Below are positions 50,282 through 61,460 of a stretch of DNA of 64,000 bases, in pieces; within the stretch, counting starts at the first letter, position 1, and every line of letters begins with the position of its first letter. The translations under genes and the position numbers were made by a program. This DNA comes from an uncultured Planctomycetaceae bacterium (GTDB lineage Bacteria > Planctomycetota > Planctomycetia > Isosphaerales > Isosphaeraceae): contig CAWIAD010000002.1 in NCBI GenBank assembly GCA_963833985.1, positions 4,064,001 through 4,128,000 of the forward strand, in the 5' to 3' direction. The notes beneath the pieces are model-generated. The model had not been told where the DNA came from, did no database searches, and was given only the letters and a program-made list of their open reading frames with translations.

Positions 50282-52822
50282 TCAGGGGAAGACGCGGAAC
50301 TCGCGCAGCGAGTGGCCGTACGCCGTACCGCGTGATCGGCCGTTATAGCGCACCCAGCGGGCGTCCACGGGCGGGAAGCGCAAGACTTCCGTGCCCCCTC
50401 GGCCGGCGCTGGTGTGGTACACCTCGGTCCAGTTCTGGCCGTCCCGCGAGATCTCGATGGCGTATTCCTTGCCGAAGGCCGGGTCCCAGAGCAGCTCGAC
50501 GCGGCTGACACGCGTCACTGTTCCCAGGTCGACGGCCAGCCATTGCGGATCGGAGAACCGGGACGACCAGCGGGTCTCGGGCTTACCGTCCACCGCGGCC
50601 TCGGGAGACGTGGCGCCGTCCTGGAGCAGATTGGAAGACGCCGTCACCGTACGCCCGACCGCGAGACCGAGACGCGCCTTCAGATCCGCCTCGTTGAGAA
50701 CCTGAAAGTCGCGCAGGCTGTGTACGCGCTCACCGTCGGGTCCGGTGAGGGTGGCTTCCCACTGGTAAGGTCCCAGCTCGGTGGGGATGCTCAGCGCGTA
50801 GACCAGCTTCGTGCCGCCGAGCGCGGCAAGCTGGGCCTCCTGGCTCAGCTCCAGGACAGGGCTCCCTTCGTGCAGCAGGCGCAGGTGCACCGCTCCCCGC
50901 CAGGGCTGGTCCAGGTCGTTGATGACCAGAACAGGAACCTTGAGGTTTTGACCCGCGGGATACGCGGAGTTCCAGGCGTCGATCATGAGCCCCACCGGCG
51001 CGAAGGAGTCGCGCACGTGGCGGACGAACTCCGGCTCCCACTCGAGGCGGCCGACATCGAGCCAGTGGTCGCTGGTCTGGCCGTCGGGCCGCGAGTACCC
51101 CAGAGTGGTGAAGTGCAGCACGGCGGCCACCTTGCGATGGCAGCGCCAGAATTCGGTCTCGGCGGCGGTGTAGCGGGCATAGAGCTGCCGGCGCTGCGGG
51201 GTCGTTGCGTCCTTGCCGAGCAGGTTCTCGTACAGCTCGCGCGTGAGCGTGGTCGGCGTGCCGTCGCGGTTCAGCCAGAGCCAGCCGTACTCGTTGATGA
51301 TCACCGCGTGGCGCGCATGGCCCGGCGCGGGGCTGCTCTGCGGATCGGGACTGGACTCGACCAGGTCGCCGAGCTTGAACTGAGGGTTCTGGAAATGGTA
51401 CGGGTGCAGCTCCAGAGAATCACCGGAGAGGGCAGGGGGCATGTAGCTGTTGTCCCAGGGGCGGTGCGACAGGTCGAGCCCGCGCACCAGCGCCACGGCG
51501 GCCGAGGTCTCCGGCGAGGTCGTCTCATTGCTGGCGTCCCAGACGGCCACGCAGGGATGGTTCCAGCGCTCGCGCATCCACTCCGCGTACTCGCGGGCCA
51601 GCTCGTCGCGGTTCAGCTCGGGCGGCCAGGTGGACCAGCCCTTGCCTCCATGCCAGATCGGGAACTCGTCCTGGATCAGGATGCCCAGCTCGTCGGCGAC
51701 GTCATACCAATGCTCCGGAGGGAAGCCGATGCAGTACCTGAGGCTGTTCCAGTGCATCTCCTTGACCCGCTGATGGAGCAGCCGCACCCAGTCCGCATTC
51801 CACGGGCGGTCCTTGCACTCGGCGTCCTCGAAGAAGCGGTAGAGCGTGATGTTGCTGCCTCGCATGGGATAGGGCCGGCCGTTGAGCACCGCGCGGCCGG
51901 ATGCCGGATCGAATCGGAATTCGCGCATGCCGAACCGGACCTGGGCGCGGTCCGCTCCGCTGTCGGCCTCGATCACGTACAGGAAGGGATCCTCCGGCGA
52001 CCAGAGCCGGCAGCCGGCAAGCGGAATCCGCGCGTCGATGGTGGTCTCGTGGCCTTGTTCCAGAATGCCGGCCTGTTTTTCGATGTGGCCGGCAACCCGT
52101 CCCGAGCGGGCCTCATGCACCGTGAGCGCGAGCGTGGCGTTCGCATCCGGACTGTCATTGCGCAGTACGGCCCGCACGTGAACCTGCATGGCGGCGATGT
52201 CGGGGATGGCCTGCACGCTAAGGATATGGGGCGTGCCACTGGTGATGAGCTCGACGGAATCGAAGATGCCGGGGATGTAGCGGTCCTTCTCGTAGTCGAA
52301 GCCGGAGGGAATGGCAGGGCCCACGGCAGCGCGATCCGCCCCGACGCGAATCATCAGCAAGTTCTCACCGGTCCTGAGCGTTGCCCTGGCATCGAAGTAC
52401 CCGGGTGTGAAGCTTGGCCGATGCTCCCCCAGAGGCGTTCCGTTCAGAAAGACTTCCGACCCGAACATGGCCTTGTGCACCTTGATCCGGGTCACCGCCG
52501 GCACCGGTCCCTCGAATCGAAAGGCGCGGCGATACCAGAAGGCGTCGCGCCTCGGGTCTTTCTGGGCAAACTGTCTCCGGTCGCTCACCCTGGGACCGGG
52601 CGGGCTGGCAAACGGTGGATTGGCCAGCGACGCCAGGCCAGGGACCGGCACGGTGTGATCGAAGACCGCCGGTGCCAGGTCCATGCGCCCTTCGGCAATT
52701 TGCCAGGTGCCATCCAGCGAGATCACCTGACGTGGCCTGGCGGCCTGTACGGTGAAGGAGGAATGGAGCAAGAGCAGGAGCAAGACGCTCGGAAGCAGCG
52801 CGCGAAGGGGCGGGCGGATCAT
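50282..52822 (-). CDS. Glycoside hydrolase family 2-like with C-terminal F5/8 type C (CBM32) domain
   Basis: ISLDGTW, LWSPEDPFLY, FGMREF, WNHPCVAVWDASNE, INEYG; AVDG..TRWSS...WLAVDLG. Confidence 0.88.
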   Translation of the reverse strand: MIRPPLRALLPSVLLLLLLHSSFTVQAARPRQVISLDGTWQIAEGRMDLAPAVFDHTVPVPGLASLANPPFASPPGPRVSDRRQFAQKDPRRDAFWYRRAFRFEGPVPAVTRIKVHKAMFGSEVFLNGTPLGEHRPSFTPGYFDARATLRTGENLLMIRVGADRAAVGPAIPSGFDYEKDRYIPGIFDSVELITSGTPHILSVQAIPDIAAMQVHVRAVLRNDSPDANATLALTVHEARSGRVAGHIEKQAGILEQGHETTIDARIPLAGCRLWSPEDPFLYVIEADSGADRAQVRFGMREFRFDPASGRAVLNGRPYPMRGSNITLYRFFEDAECKDRPWNADWVRLLHQRVKEMHWNSLRYCIGFPPEHWYDVADELGILIQDEFPIWHGGKGWSTWPPELNRDELAREYAEWMRERWNHPCVAVWDASNETTSPETSAAVALVRGLDLSHRPWDNSYMPPALSGDSLELHPYHFQNPQFKLGDLVESSPDPQSSPAPGHARHAVIINEYGWLWLNRDGTPTTLTRELYENLLGKDATTPQRRQLYARYTAAETEFWRCHRKVAAVLHFTTLGYSRPDGQTSDHWLDVGRLEWEPEFVRHVRDSFAPVGLMIDAWNSAYPAGQNLKVPVLVINDLDQPWRGAVHLRLLHEGSPVLELSQEAQLAALGGTKLVYALSIPTELGPYQWEATLTGPDGERVHSLRDFQVLNEADLKARLGLAVGRTVTASSNLLQDGATSPEAAVDGKPETRWSSRFSDPQWLAVDLGTVTRVSRVELLWDPAFGKEYAIEISRDGQNWTEVYHTSAGRGGTEVLRFPPVDARWVRYNGRSRGTAYGHSLREFRVFP

Positions 52823-53089
52823 GGCTTTCTCCCGTGACGGCAACAGCGCCGATGGTCCGGATGCAGGGTGGGAATGGCGGCGTCGAGGCTGACCCGACTC
52901 ACTCATTGTCGCGCGGGCCGGACCGCTTCGCAATCCGTCACCCCGGGCTAGGCCGCGTCAAGTCCTGCCACCGGCCGCCTTATGCCCGCGCCGACGCCGA
53001 AAAAGAGCGCGCCGGGGACGAACCGGCGCGATGTCCTGGTGTCGGATTCATCAATACCACCAGACGTCTTCCTCAAAGGAGAACACACC

Positions 53090-53413
53090 ATGGCCCGACG
53101 TAAGCCGCTCGCTCGCAAGTTCTTTGGCCTTGAGTCGCTCGAGGTCCGGAACGCACCCTCGCACGTTGGACTGATCTCGCACGCGATTGCCGCGGTGCAT
53201 CCCGTGCACGCCACGGCGCACGTCACTCACCTGAGCCCCGCGAAGATCACCGTCAGGCATGATGCGCCCGAGGTGAAGACGGCCGCGGACAGGAGCGTGG
53301 ACGCGACCAGGACCGATACGAGCAGCCCCGATACCCACAGCCCCAGCACTCCCGGCAGCACCGACCCCAGCAGCCCGGATGCCAGCACTGTCGACCGGAC
53401 AGGCCGCTCCTGA
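53090..53413 (+). CDS. Small protein with planctomycete export motif
   Basis: AGGAG RBS; LESLEVRNAPS motif; His-rich then Ser/Pro/Asp/Thr-rich tail. Confidence 0.7.
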   Translation: MARRKPLARKFFGLESLEVRNAPSHVGLISHAIAAVHPVHATAHVTHLSPAKITVRHDAPEVKTAADRSVDATRTDTSSPDTHSPSTPGSTDPSSPDASTVDRTGRS

Positions 53414-53555
53414 ACGGCCCGAGTTGCCCGCAAGCCGCAGTCTGCTGAAAGCAGCGGAGAGCACGCCGAGGGTATCGCGGCATTGCCCCATGCCTCGATC
53501 CCGGCGTGTGATCCGCTGCATTGTTACAAATGAATGACAGTGGGGGCTGAGCGAT

Positions 53556-56055
53556 TCACGGCTGCCCCAGATGCCTGACCAGTTCACGAGCTTCCTCGTG
53601 ACCCATCTCGAGAGCAGCCCGGGCATTCTCCGCGGATGCCTGTTGATTGCCGCGTGCCCGGTGAACCAGTGCAAGGCTATAGTGGATCACCCCGAGCGTC
53701 GACCGGGTTGACGTGGTCGCACGCGCACGCTCCAGATCCGCCAGGGCTTCGGTGAATTGCCCCTGCCGGTAGTGAAGCAGCCCCCGGTTCAGAGCGGCAT
53801 CCGTCAAGTCAGGGTTGAGCGATAAAGCTCGGTTGTAGTCGGCGATGGCCTCTTCAAGCTCATCGAGCGCCTGGTAGGCAAGGGCTCGGTTGTAGTAACA
53901 CTCGGCCGTTTCCGGTGAGAGCGCAATGCAGACCCGGAACGCGTTCGCGGCCTGTTCGAATTGCCGGCTGCGATAGGCACAGACGCCCTGGTAGAAGTTC
54001 AGCCAGAAGTCCTGCGGCCGCAGGTCGAGCCCAAGCTTGAACTGCCTGGCGGCGCGCTCGAGCTTTCCGGTGCGCAGGTAGGACCTTCCCAGGTCGTAGT
54101 ATTCCCAGGCCGTAACCGGCCTGACCTTGGGGACAAGATCGGAGCTCGCCAGCCCGAGCGCCTTGGTGTAGACGCGATGATCGCGCCGCAGCGCGGGACT
54201 CGGTCCCAGGAGCGCCTCCGCCTCGGTGAGCATTTGCAGTGCCTCACGTCTTGCGTCCCCGGCCTCCGCCGCGACCGCGAACCGCACGCGGAAAGCGGCC
54301 CAGACCACGGCAAGGTCGAGCAGGTCGGTTCGAACCGTGGTGTCGAAGTCGCTCCCGGACTGGCCGGAAATGGCACGCGTGAGCAGGTCGCGTTCCTTCC
54401 AGATGGTGGGCACAAGGCGGAGGAAGACCTGTGCTTCCTCGGCGGGTGGCTCAGCCAGGCCGTAGCGGAACCGGACGAGCTCGGCCAGACGGTGCAGCTC
54501 ACCTGCCTTCGCTTCCCGGATGGCCCGGGCCAGCTCGTCGCGCAGCAGTTGTCTCAGCGGCTCTGTCCCTGGAACCTCACCCGCGGACATCAAACCGTGC
54601 TGGAACACCTGGGCGGCCTCGATCGGATGATGGCTTTTCAGGTTCGCCCGGCCCTGCACCAGCGCGGTCTCGAGCTCGCGCAGTCTTTGGCGGTGGACGA
54701 ACCAACCGGAGAGCGTCATGGCGGCAAGGGAAGCGGCCGAGACGAAGAGGATCAGCACGCGGGAGAGTGCAGCGGGCCGCCGGCGCCGCCATTTACGCCA
54801 GCGCCTCCAGCACGCTGCGATTGTGCACTCCGCGCAAGGGCAGGTTCCCCAGGTGTCTGCGCAGATCGGCAGCCAGCAGTGCCGCATCCGTATAGCGGTT
54901 CCGGGGATCAGCGGCGAGAGCCTTCTCGAGGATGTCTGAGAGGCCGCTGCTGACCCTCGAGTTGCATTGTTCCAGGGCTGGCCAGGACTTGCCGGCGGGC
55001 TTATCCTTCGGTCCACCAAGTGCCTGGTAGAGCGTCAGTCCCAGGGAATAGATGTCCGCGCGTCCGTCAACCGCCTGGTGGATCGCGCGGCCCGCGCTCA
55101 CCGCGGCCACGGCGGTCTGCTGTTCGGGCGCCATGAATTCGGGCGTGCCGCCAAGCCAGCAGGGAGCTTGCTGCCCCGCGGCGATCGGTCCCCGAGCCAG
55201 GTGAAAATCCAGGAGCATGGGCTGGCCGTCGCCCGCCAGAAGCACGTTCGAGGGTTTGATGTCCATATGCACCAGCCCCCGGTCGTGAGCATACTGCAAT
55301 CCGTCCGCGAGACAGGCGCCGATCAGGCAGATGGCCTCGACGTGGCTACAGCGCGAGAGAAACTGGCGCAGCGGGCCCCGGTTCGGCAGGACGATGGGAT
55401 GCCGGGCTTGAACCTGGTCGAGCGCCTCGATGAGCTGCTTGCCGGTGAGGTCCGTGGGCGGGTGATGGCTCAGCAAATCCATCACCTGCGCGAGTGTGGC
55501 GCCGGCCAGGAAGGGCATGCAAAGGAGCCGCAGGTTGCGGGTCTTCAGGACATGCTCGGAGTAGAGCGGAACGATGTTCATGTGCTGGAGCTGTGCCAGC
55601 GAGAGGTGCTCCCTGAGGCCGCGCGGCGTGACCTTCAGGACCACGGGGCGATCCGCCAGCGAGGGCTGGGCCGCCAGAAAGACCCTGCCAGTCGCGCCTC
55701 GACCCAGCTCCGCCAGCAACCGGAATCCGGCAAGCAGCTCTCCGGCCTCGGGATAGGCTATCTCGGGCCTGTGCGAATCGAGCAGGCGCTGGCACTCGAG
55801 AAGGACGGCCAGCCTGCCCTGCCAGCGTGGGAACCGCAGTGCAATCTCGGCCGGTTCCATCTCCAGCCCGGCTTCCCGGCGGAGGGCGACTTCCTCGTAG
55901 ATGAGACGGATTGCCGCCTCCGAGTCAAGCTCGGGATGGCGGGCCAGGATCTCCTCGGCGTGCACGGGTTCGCCCCGGCGCCAGGACGCAACCATCTGCT
56001 CCACCTGATTGGTCGTCCAGGAGCCGCATTCGTCGGGCGGGAAGAGAGCGCTCAT
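53556..56055 (-). CDS. Ser/Thr kinase with TM and TPR domain (frameshift near 54805)
   Basis: LGRGATGRV, HMDIKPSN, DFHLA, GTPEFMAPEQ and DIYSLG; TPRs in ORF 53556..55019. Confidence 0.85.
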
Positions 56056-57128
56056 GGTTCCGCCAGGCTCCACTGACCCGTGAATCGGGCGAATCGCGCC
56101 TCGTCGTCCCGGGCGTACCCGGCCGGGTCGTCGAGCTGGCGTGGACGCGACCTGCGGCGCTGGAGCACGAGCTCGACGGCAACAGCCGCCAAGGCCGTAG
56201 CGGCTGCCAGAGGCATCAGGCTTGCCGTCCCATGCAGGTCGGTCAGCCCGGCGCCCAGGTTCTCCAGCCGCGCGAGCGATTCAGCGATCGAGCCTTCCAG
56301 AAGCGATCGGTCCAGGGGCAAGAACCTGGTGAGCAAGTCTGCACGCCAGGGCGGTGCCGCCACCTCGTCCGGGGAATCACTTGCAGTCGAGACTCCGTCC
56401 GCCGCACCGCCCGGCCCGCCGCGAAGCTCGGCGCGGCTGCCGCCCGGGACCGCCGGGGTGCTGGCGACGACGGGCAATGGCGAAGTCAGGCCACAGGTTG
56501 GTAGAGCCTGCTCCTGCAAGGCCATTCTCGACGAGCCCGCCAGGTCGCGCCCGGCCGGCGCCAGAACCGCCGCAGCCGGCGCGCTCGACCCGGCACCTGG
56601 GGCCGGCGCATTGACCCAGCCTGCGGCCACACCCGGTGGCGTTGCGGAGAACATGTTCGCGGGGGTGCCCGTTGCGGGGGCCCCGTCCCCGGAGCTTCGT
56701 CCCGACGCGTTCGTGCTTGTTCCCGGTCCGCTCATTCCTGCCCCGGCCGCTGCCGGTTGCAACAGCAGCGCGAGTGGACCAGCAGGCGTGGCCAGCGGAC
56801 TGCTGGCCGCACTCGCGGCCTCAACCAGGTAGGAAACCGGCGCGGATGCCTGCGACGGGACGAGGGCCGATTCTCCATCGCTTGTGACCGTGTCGTTCCC
56901 TTTTTCCAGAGCCGTGGCCCCATCCCCCAGCGAGTCTGAACCGGTGGCATCCGCCCGCGCACTGCTCGCGGTTGGGGCCACCGCGGCAGGCCCCAGGAGC
57001 GGGCTGCTGCCCGCGGATAGTGACTGTTGAGCGCCGGGGCCGCTCAGGAGCCTCCGATCCTCCAGGCATTCCAGCCGGATCGCCAACGGCAGAACGGGGC
57101 GGAAGGACGTGCCACGACGCACTCTCAT
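56052..57128 (-). CDS. Low-complexity exported protein with LEDRRLLS motif and C-terminal TM
   Basis: LECLEDRRLLS; Ala/Ser/Pro/Gly-rich body; LAAATALAAVAVELVLQRRR; ATGA overlap with the kinase gene. Confidence 0.75.
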   Translation of the reverse strand: MRVRRGTSFRPVLPLAIRLECLEDRRLLSGPGAQQSLSAGSSPLLGPAAVAPTASSARADATGSDSLGDGATALEKGNDTVTSDGESALVPSQASAPVSYLVEAASAASSPLATPAGPLALLLQPAAAGAGMSGPGTSTNASGRSSGDGAPATGTPANMFSATPPGVAAGWVNAPAPGAGSSAPAAAVLAPAGRDLAGSSRMALQEQALPTCGLTSPLPVVASTPAVPGGSRAELRGGPGGAADGVSTASDSPDEVAAPPWRADLLTRFLPLDRSLLEGSIAESLARLENLGAGLTDLHGTASLMPLAAATALAAVAVELVLQRRRSRPRQLDDPAGYARDDEARFARFTGQWSLAEP

Positions 57129-57633
57129 GGATGATCCCTCGTGGAAAGCCAACATATCAACTATGTTTGCTTACAAGCAGCGGGTCCGTGCTGTTCCTCA
57201 CTATTATTGTCCGCTTGTCTGTAATTTCGAAGAGCGATTCCGAGAACGGTCACGTATTCGAACATTCGCCATGGTCTCGGGAACCAGTCAGGCTGTGGTG
57301 CGAGCCGGCGGCCTGCCGCGATGTCGTGACCGGGGACTGACTTGCTTCATGTCACCAGGACAGCGCCGGGCGCAGGCGGCGTGGAGCATCCAGACAGCAC
57401 GGGCAGCATCTGAACCTCGATGCAATGCCGTGTGCGATGTACGACATTCCTGCATGAAGAATTGAGAATAGCGCGCGCAGCCGCAGAGCCGGCGCGATGA
57501 CCTCTCGTGTTCAGCCCTGTGGGGCAGCAAGTCTCGGAGAGCGATCGCGACAGGGGCCAGCCAGTGCCTCTGGTCGCACGAGCAAACTGGATCGCCCCGG
57601 TTGTCTACGCTTTATCGAGAGGTCTGTCAAGTC

Positions 57634-58893
57634 ATGGATTTGCAGAGTGTGGTTAGCGTTGGCTTCTGGCGATGTGGCGGCTGCGTGGCACTTGCGGCCT
57701 CGCTCTGCCTCTCGGTGGGGCACGGAGCTCAGCGAACCGCGCACCCCGGCTTCGACGGACATCCCCGCGCCGTGGCTCGACAGAGTGAGGTGGAGAGCAT
57801 CATCAGGGCCGGGGGACAGGTCGAGAGCACGGTGCATACGGTGATTCGATGCACGCTGGAAAACCTGAGCGGGCGGACGGCGGCAACGTCCATCCTCGAG
57901 CTTGCACCCGAAGGGTCGATCGTCGCGCAGGGAGACGTGATCTGCCGGCTGGACGCCTCGGCCCATGAAGAAATGGAACGGCTGCAAGAGATCGCCGTTG
58001 CCCAGGGTTGCGCGGATCAGCGGCGCGCTCAGCTTGACCTGGAGGTCGCCATCACGGCCCTGGACGAATATCAGGCCGGCCTGAGCCGGCTCGAGAGCCA
58101 GGCGTTCGAGGGGAGACTCGCACTGGCCCAGGCGCAGGTGGTCCAGTCCAGCGATCGACTCGACTGGTCACGGCGGATGCTCGCGAAGTCATACATCTCC
58201 AGAGCCCAGGCGGCTTCCGCGGGAGCCGAGCTGGACCGTGCCAGGTTCACCCTGGCTCAGGTTCAAACCGAGTTGCGGAACTTCCACGACTACCAGGTGC
58301 CCAGGACCATCCTGGAACTGCAAAGCCGGATCGAGTCCGCCAGGTCGAGATCCAGTTATGAGGCGATGCGTCTCCGCGGGCTGCAAGAGCGGCTCCACAG
58401 GCTCCGCGCACAGGTGGACGCCTGCACGATCCGGGCACCGCACGACGGCCTGCTCATCTATGCCCACAAGCCCAAGCGCGACCTGCGGATCGAGCCTGGC
58501 GTCTGGGTTCATCAGAACCAGTCGCTGCTCTACTTGCCCGACCTGTCCCGGCTGGAAGTCCAGGTGCTGCTTCATGAGACGGTGGTGCGGCGGGTCAGAC
58601 CGGGGATGCGCGCATCGATTCGACTGGAAGCCAGCGGGGCCACCGTGAGCGGCAGGCTCTCGTCGATCGACACCCTGCCGGTGGCCGACCGCAGCAAGAG
58701 GTCGAGCGGCGAGGTCAAATACTTCATCGGCCGGGTCCGGCTCGATGATGTCTCGGTGAGTTTGCTGCCCGGGATGACCGCCGAGGTGCAAATCTTGACG
58801 GATGCACCCCCCAGGCCGCGCGCGGGCTCGATGGCAGAGCACGAGTCCCTGCAAGATCACGAAATCGCCAGAACTACGGGACGACAACCATGA
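57634..58893 (+). CDS. HlyD-family periplasmic adaptor subunit
   Basis: PEGSIVAQGDVICRLD, coiled coil, TIRAPHDG and LLPGMTAEV. Confidence 0.85.
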   Translation: MDLQSVVSVGFWRCGGCVALAASLCLSVGHGAQRTAHPGFDGHPRAVARQSEVESIIRAGGQVESTVHTVIRCTLENLSGRTAATSILELAPEGSIVAQGDVICRLDASAHEEMERLQEIAVAQGCADQRRAQLDLEVAITALDEYQAGLSRLESQAFEGRLALAQAQVVQSSDRLDWSRRMLAKSYISRAQAASAGAELDRARFTLAQVQTELRNFHDYQVPRTILELQSRIESARSRSSYEAMRLRGLQERLHRLRAQVDACTIRAPHDGLLIYAHKPKRDLRIEPGVWVHQNQSLLYLPDLSRLEVQVLLHETVVRRVRPGMRASIRLEASGATVSGRLSSIDTLPVADRSKRSSGEVKYFIGRVRLDDVSVSLLPGMTAEVQILTDAPPRPRAGSMAEHESLQDHEIARTTGRQP

Positions 58894-60224
58894 AGAACCG
58901 CCACGATGCAGCCATACACAACGATCAGGGAACATCCCCGGCACCGCACTTCGAGACCCCATCGCGAAGACGGCGTGTGGTGCTCTACTCGCACGACACG
59001 ATGGGTTTGGGCCACATGCGGCGCAATTTGCTGATTGCCCAGGCGCTGGTGCATTCCGCCTCGCCTCCCATCATCTTGATGGTGACTGGGGCCCGCGAGG
59101 CGGGCTGCCTGCCGCTCCCACCCGGTGTTGACTGCTTGACGCTGCCCGCACTGACCAAGGACGTCGCGGGACATCATCGGGCTCGCGACCTGGACCTGAC
59201 GCTCTCCGAGATGACCCACATCCGCTCCCGGTCCCTGGCGGCGGCGATCGAGGCCTTCGAGCCCGATGCACTCATCGTGGACAAGGTGCCCCGCGGAGCC
59301 TCACGCGAGCTCGACCTGGCCCTGGCCGCGGTCAAGGCGCGTGGCTCGACGCGCTGCATTCTGGGACTGCGCGACATCCTGGACGAGCCTGAGACCGTCC
59401 GCCGCGAGTGGTCCGATGCGGCCTGTGATGAAGCCATCGAGGCGTACTACGACGCGGTCTGGGTGTACGGCGATCCCGCCTTTTATGACCCCGTGCACGA
59501 GTACGGTTTCTGCCCTGAAGTGGCAGCCAAGGTCAGGTACACGGGTTATCTCGACCAGCAGATGCGGCTGATTGATGATCGGCCGGACGGGGATGATGCG
59601 CACGCCGGAGGCGAGCTCCCTGACGGTAGGCTCATCCTCTGCGAGCTTGGCGGAGGGCAGGACGGTGCTGTCCTGGCCGAGTCATTCGTTCGCGCCCGGC
59701 TCCCTGAAGGGAGTGCTGGAGTGCTCTTGACCGGACCTTATCTTGACCCCGAGGTGCGGTCGAGGATTCGCCATCTGGCCGCGCAGCAGCCTCGCTTGCG
59801 GGTCCTCGAGTTCCTCGCCGAGCCCAGCCGGTTACTGCGTCGCGCGGAGCGGGTCATCACGATGGGCGGGTACAACACGGTCTGCGAGATCCTCTCGTTC
59901 CAGAAACCGGCGCTCATCGTTCCGCGGATCCATCCCAGGCAAGAGCAGTGGATCCGGGCGGTACGGCTGCGCGATCGCGGTCTGGCGGACGTCCTCCATC
60001 CCGGCGAGCTGACGCCCGAGGCGCTCGGCAACTGGATGGCGCGCGACTTACCACCGGTCCTGCCGGTGCGCGATCGACTCAACTGGAACGGCCTGGCAAA
60101 CCTGCCACGGCTGCTGGATGAACTCCTTGCGTCTCCGTCCCGTCGGGTGCGGAATCTTGAACCTGCGTCTTATGAGGGATCCCCATGCAATTCGCTGACG
60201 GCTACCGCATCGGTTATGTTGTGA
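58890..60224 (+). CDS. Predicted glycosyltransferase (GT28 C-terminal-like)
   Basis: YSHDTMGLGH.RR, LGLRDILD, GGGQDG, MGGYNT and EQWIRA. Confidence 0.88.
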   Translation: MKNRHDAAIHNDQGTSPAPHFETPSRRRRVVLYSHDTMGLGHMRRNLLIAQALVHSASPPIILMVTGAREAGCLPLPPGVDCLTLPALTKDVAGHHRARDLDLTLSEMTHIRSRSLAAAIEAFEPDALIVDKVPRGASRELDLALAAVKARGSTRCILGLRDILDEPETVRREWSDAACDEAIEAYYDAVWVYGDPAFYDPVHEYGFCPEVAAKVRYTGYLDQQMRLIDDRPDGDDAHAGGELPDGRLILCELGGGQDGAVLAESFVRARLPEGSAGVLLTGPYLDPEVRSRIRHLAAQQPRLRVLEFLAEPSRLLRRAERVITMGGYNTVCEILSFQKPALIVPRIHPRQEQWIRAVRLRDRGLADVLHPGELTPEALGNWMARDLPPVLPVRDRLNWNGLANLPRLLDELLASPSRRVRNLEPASYEGSPCNSLTATASVML

Positions 60225-61460
60225 AGCGCTACCCCCGTTACTCGGAAACGTTCGTCGTGCGCGAGATCCTGGCACATGAACAGGCCGGGGCAGACATCGA
60301 GATCTTCTCGCTACGGCCGTCCAACGACGGCCATTTCCAGGACCTGATTGCCCGGGTGCGGGGACGGGTCAACGCGCTGTACTTCCCCGCCGACGGCCTG
60401 CTTCCGGAGGCGCTGGCGGCAGCCTCCATGACCGCGAGCCACTTCTGGAAGTCGGTTGGCGAGGCGGCCTCGGTGTTGCCCGAGCTCTGGTCGGAACTGG
60501 GGGCGGTGATGGATGAGGAAGCCCGCCACGTGTACCAGGCCCTGGCCCTGGCCTGCGCGGTACGGCGCCGCGGTATCCAGCACCTGCACGCGCCCTTTGC
60601 GAGCGAGGCCGCGACCGTGGCGCGGCTGGCCGCCCGGCTCGCCGGCGTCACCTACAGCTTCACCGCCCGCGCCAAGGATATCTTTCACGAGAGCGTGCAA
60701 TCCGCGGATCTGGAACGGAAGCTCGCGCGATGCCTCCGGCGTCGTCACCATCAGCGACTTCCACCTCGATTACCTGCGCTCGACTTACGGTCACCTGGCG
60801 GACCACGTGATCCGCGTTTATAACGGCCTGGACCTCGAAGAATACCCTTACACGGAGCCGCGGCAGAGGCCCGCGGTCATCCTCGCCGTCGGCCGGCTGG
60901 TGGCGAAGAAAGGATTTGCCGACCTGATCGACGCCTGTGCCTTGCTGGCACGGCGGGGCCGGTCCTGCCGGTGTCGCATCATCGGCGCGGGCACGTTGCA
61001 GGGCGAGCTCCAGTGGCGGATCGAGTCGCTGGGGCTGCGCGAATCCGTCGAGCTGGTCGGCCCACGCCCGCAGAACGAGGTCATCCAGGAGATGCGGAAT
61101 GCCGCCGTGCTGGCAATGCCCTGCGTGGTCGCCGCCGACGGCGACCGCGACGGCCTGCCGAACGTGATCCAGGAAGCCCTGGCGCTGGGAACACCCGTGA
61201 TCTCGACGGACGTCACCGGCATTCCCGAGGTCGTTCGCGACGAGGAGACGGGGCTCCAGGTCCCGCAGCGAGATCCGGCCGCCCTGGCTCACGGGCTGGA
61301 GCGGCTTCTCGACGACCCGGACCTGCGAGTCCGGCTGGCACGCGAGGCCCGGCGCATGATCGAGGCGGAATTCGACATCCGGCGCAATACCGCGCGGCGC
61401 CGGGCCCTGTTCCGCGGGGAAAGCCGTGCAAGCCGCAACGGGCTGGTGGGGGTGCACTGA
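60185..61460 (+). CDS. Glycosyltransferase family 4 (frameshift near 60725)
   Basis: KRYPRYSETFVVREI, VGRLVAKKG, DGLPNV..EA and GIPEVV. Confidence 0.88.
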
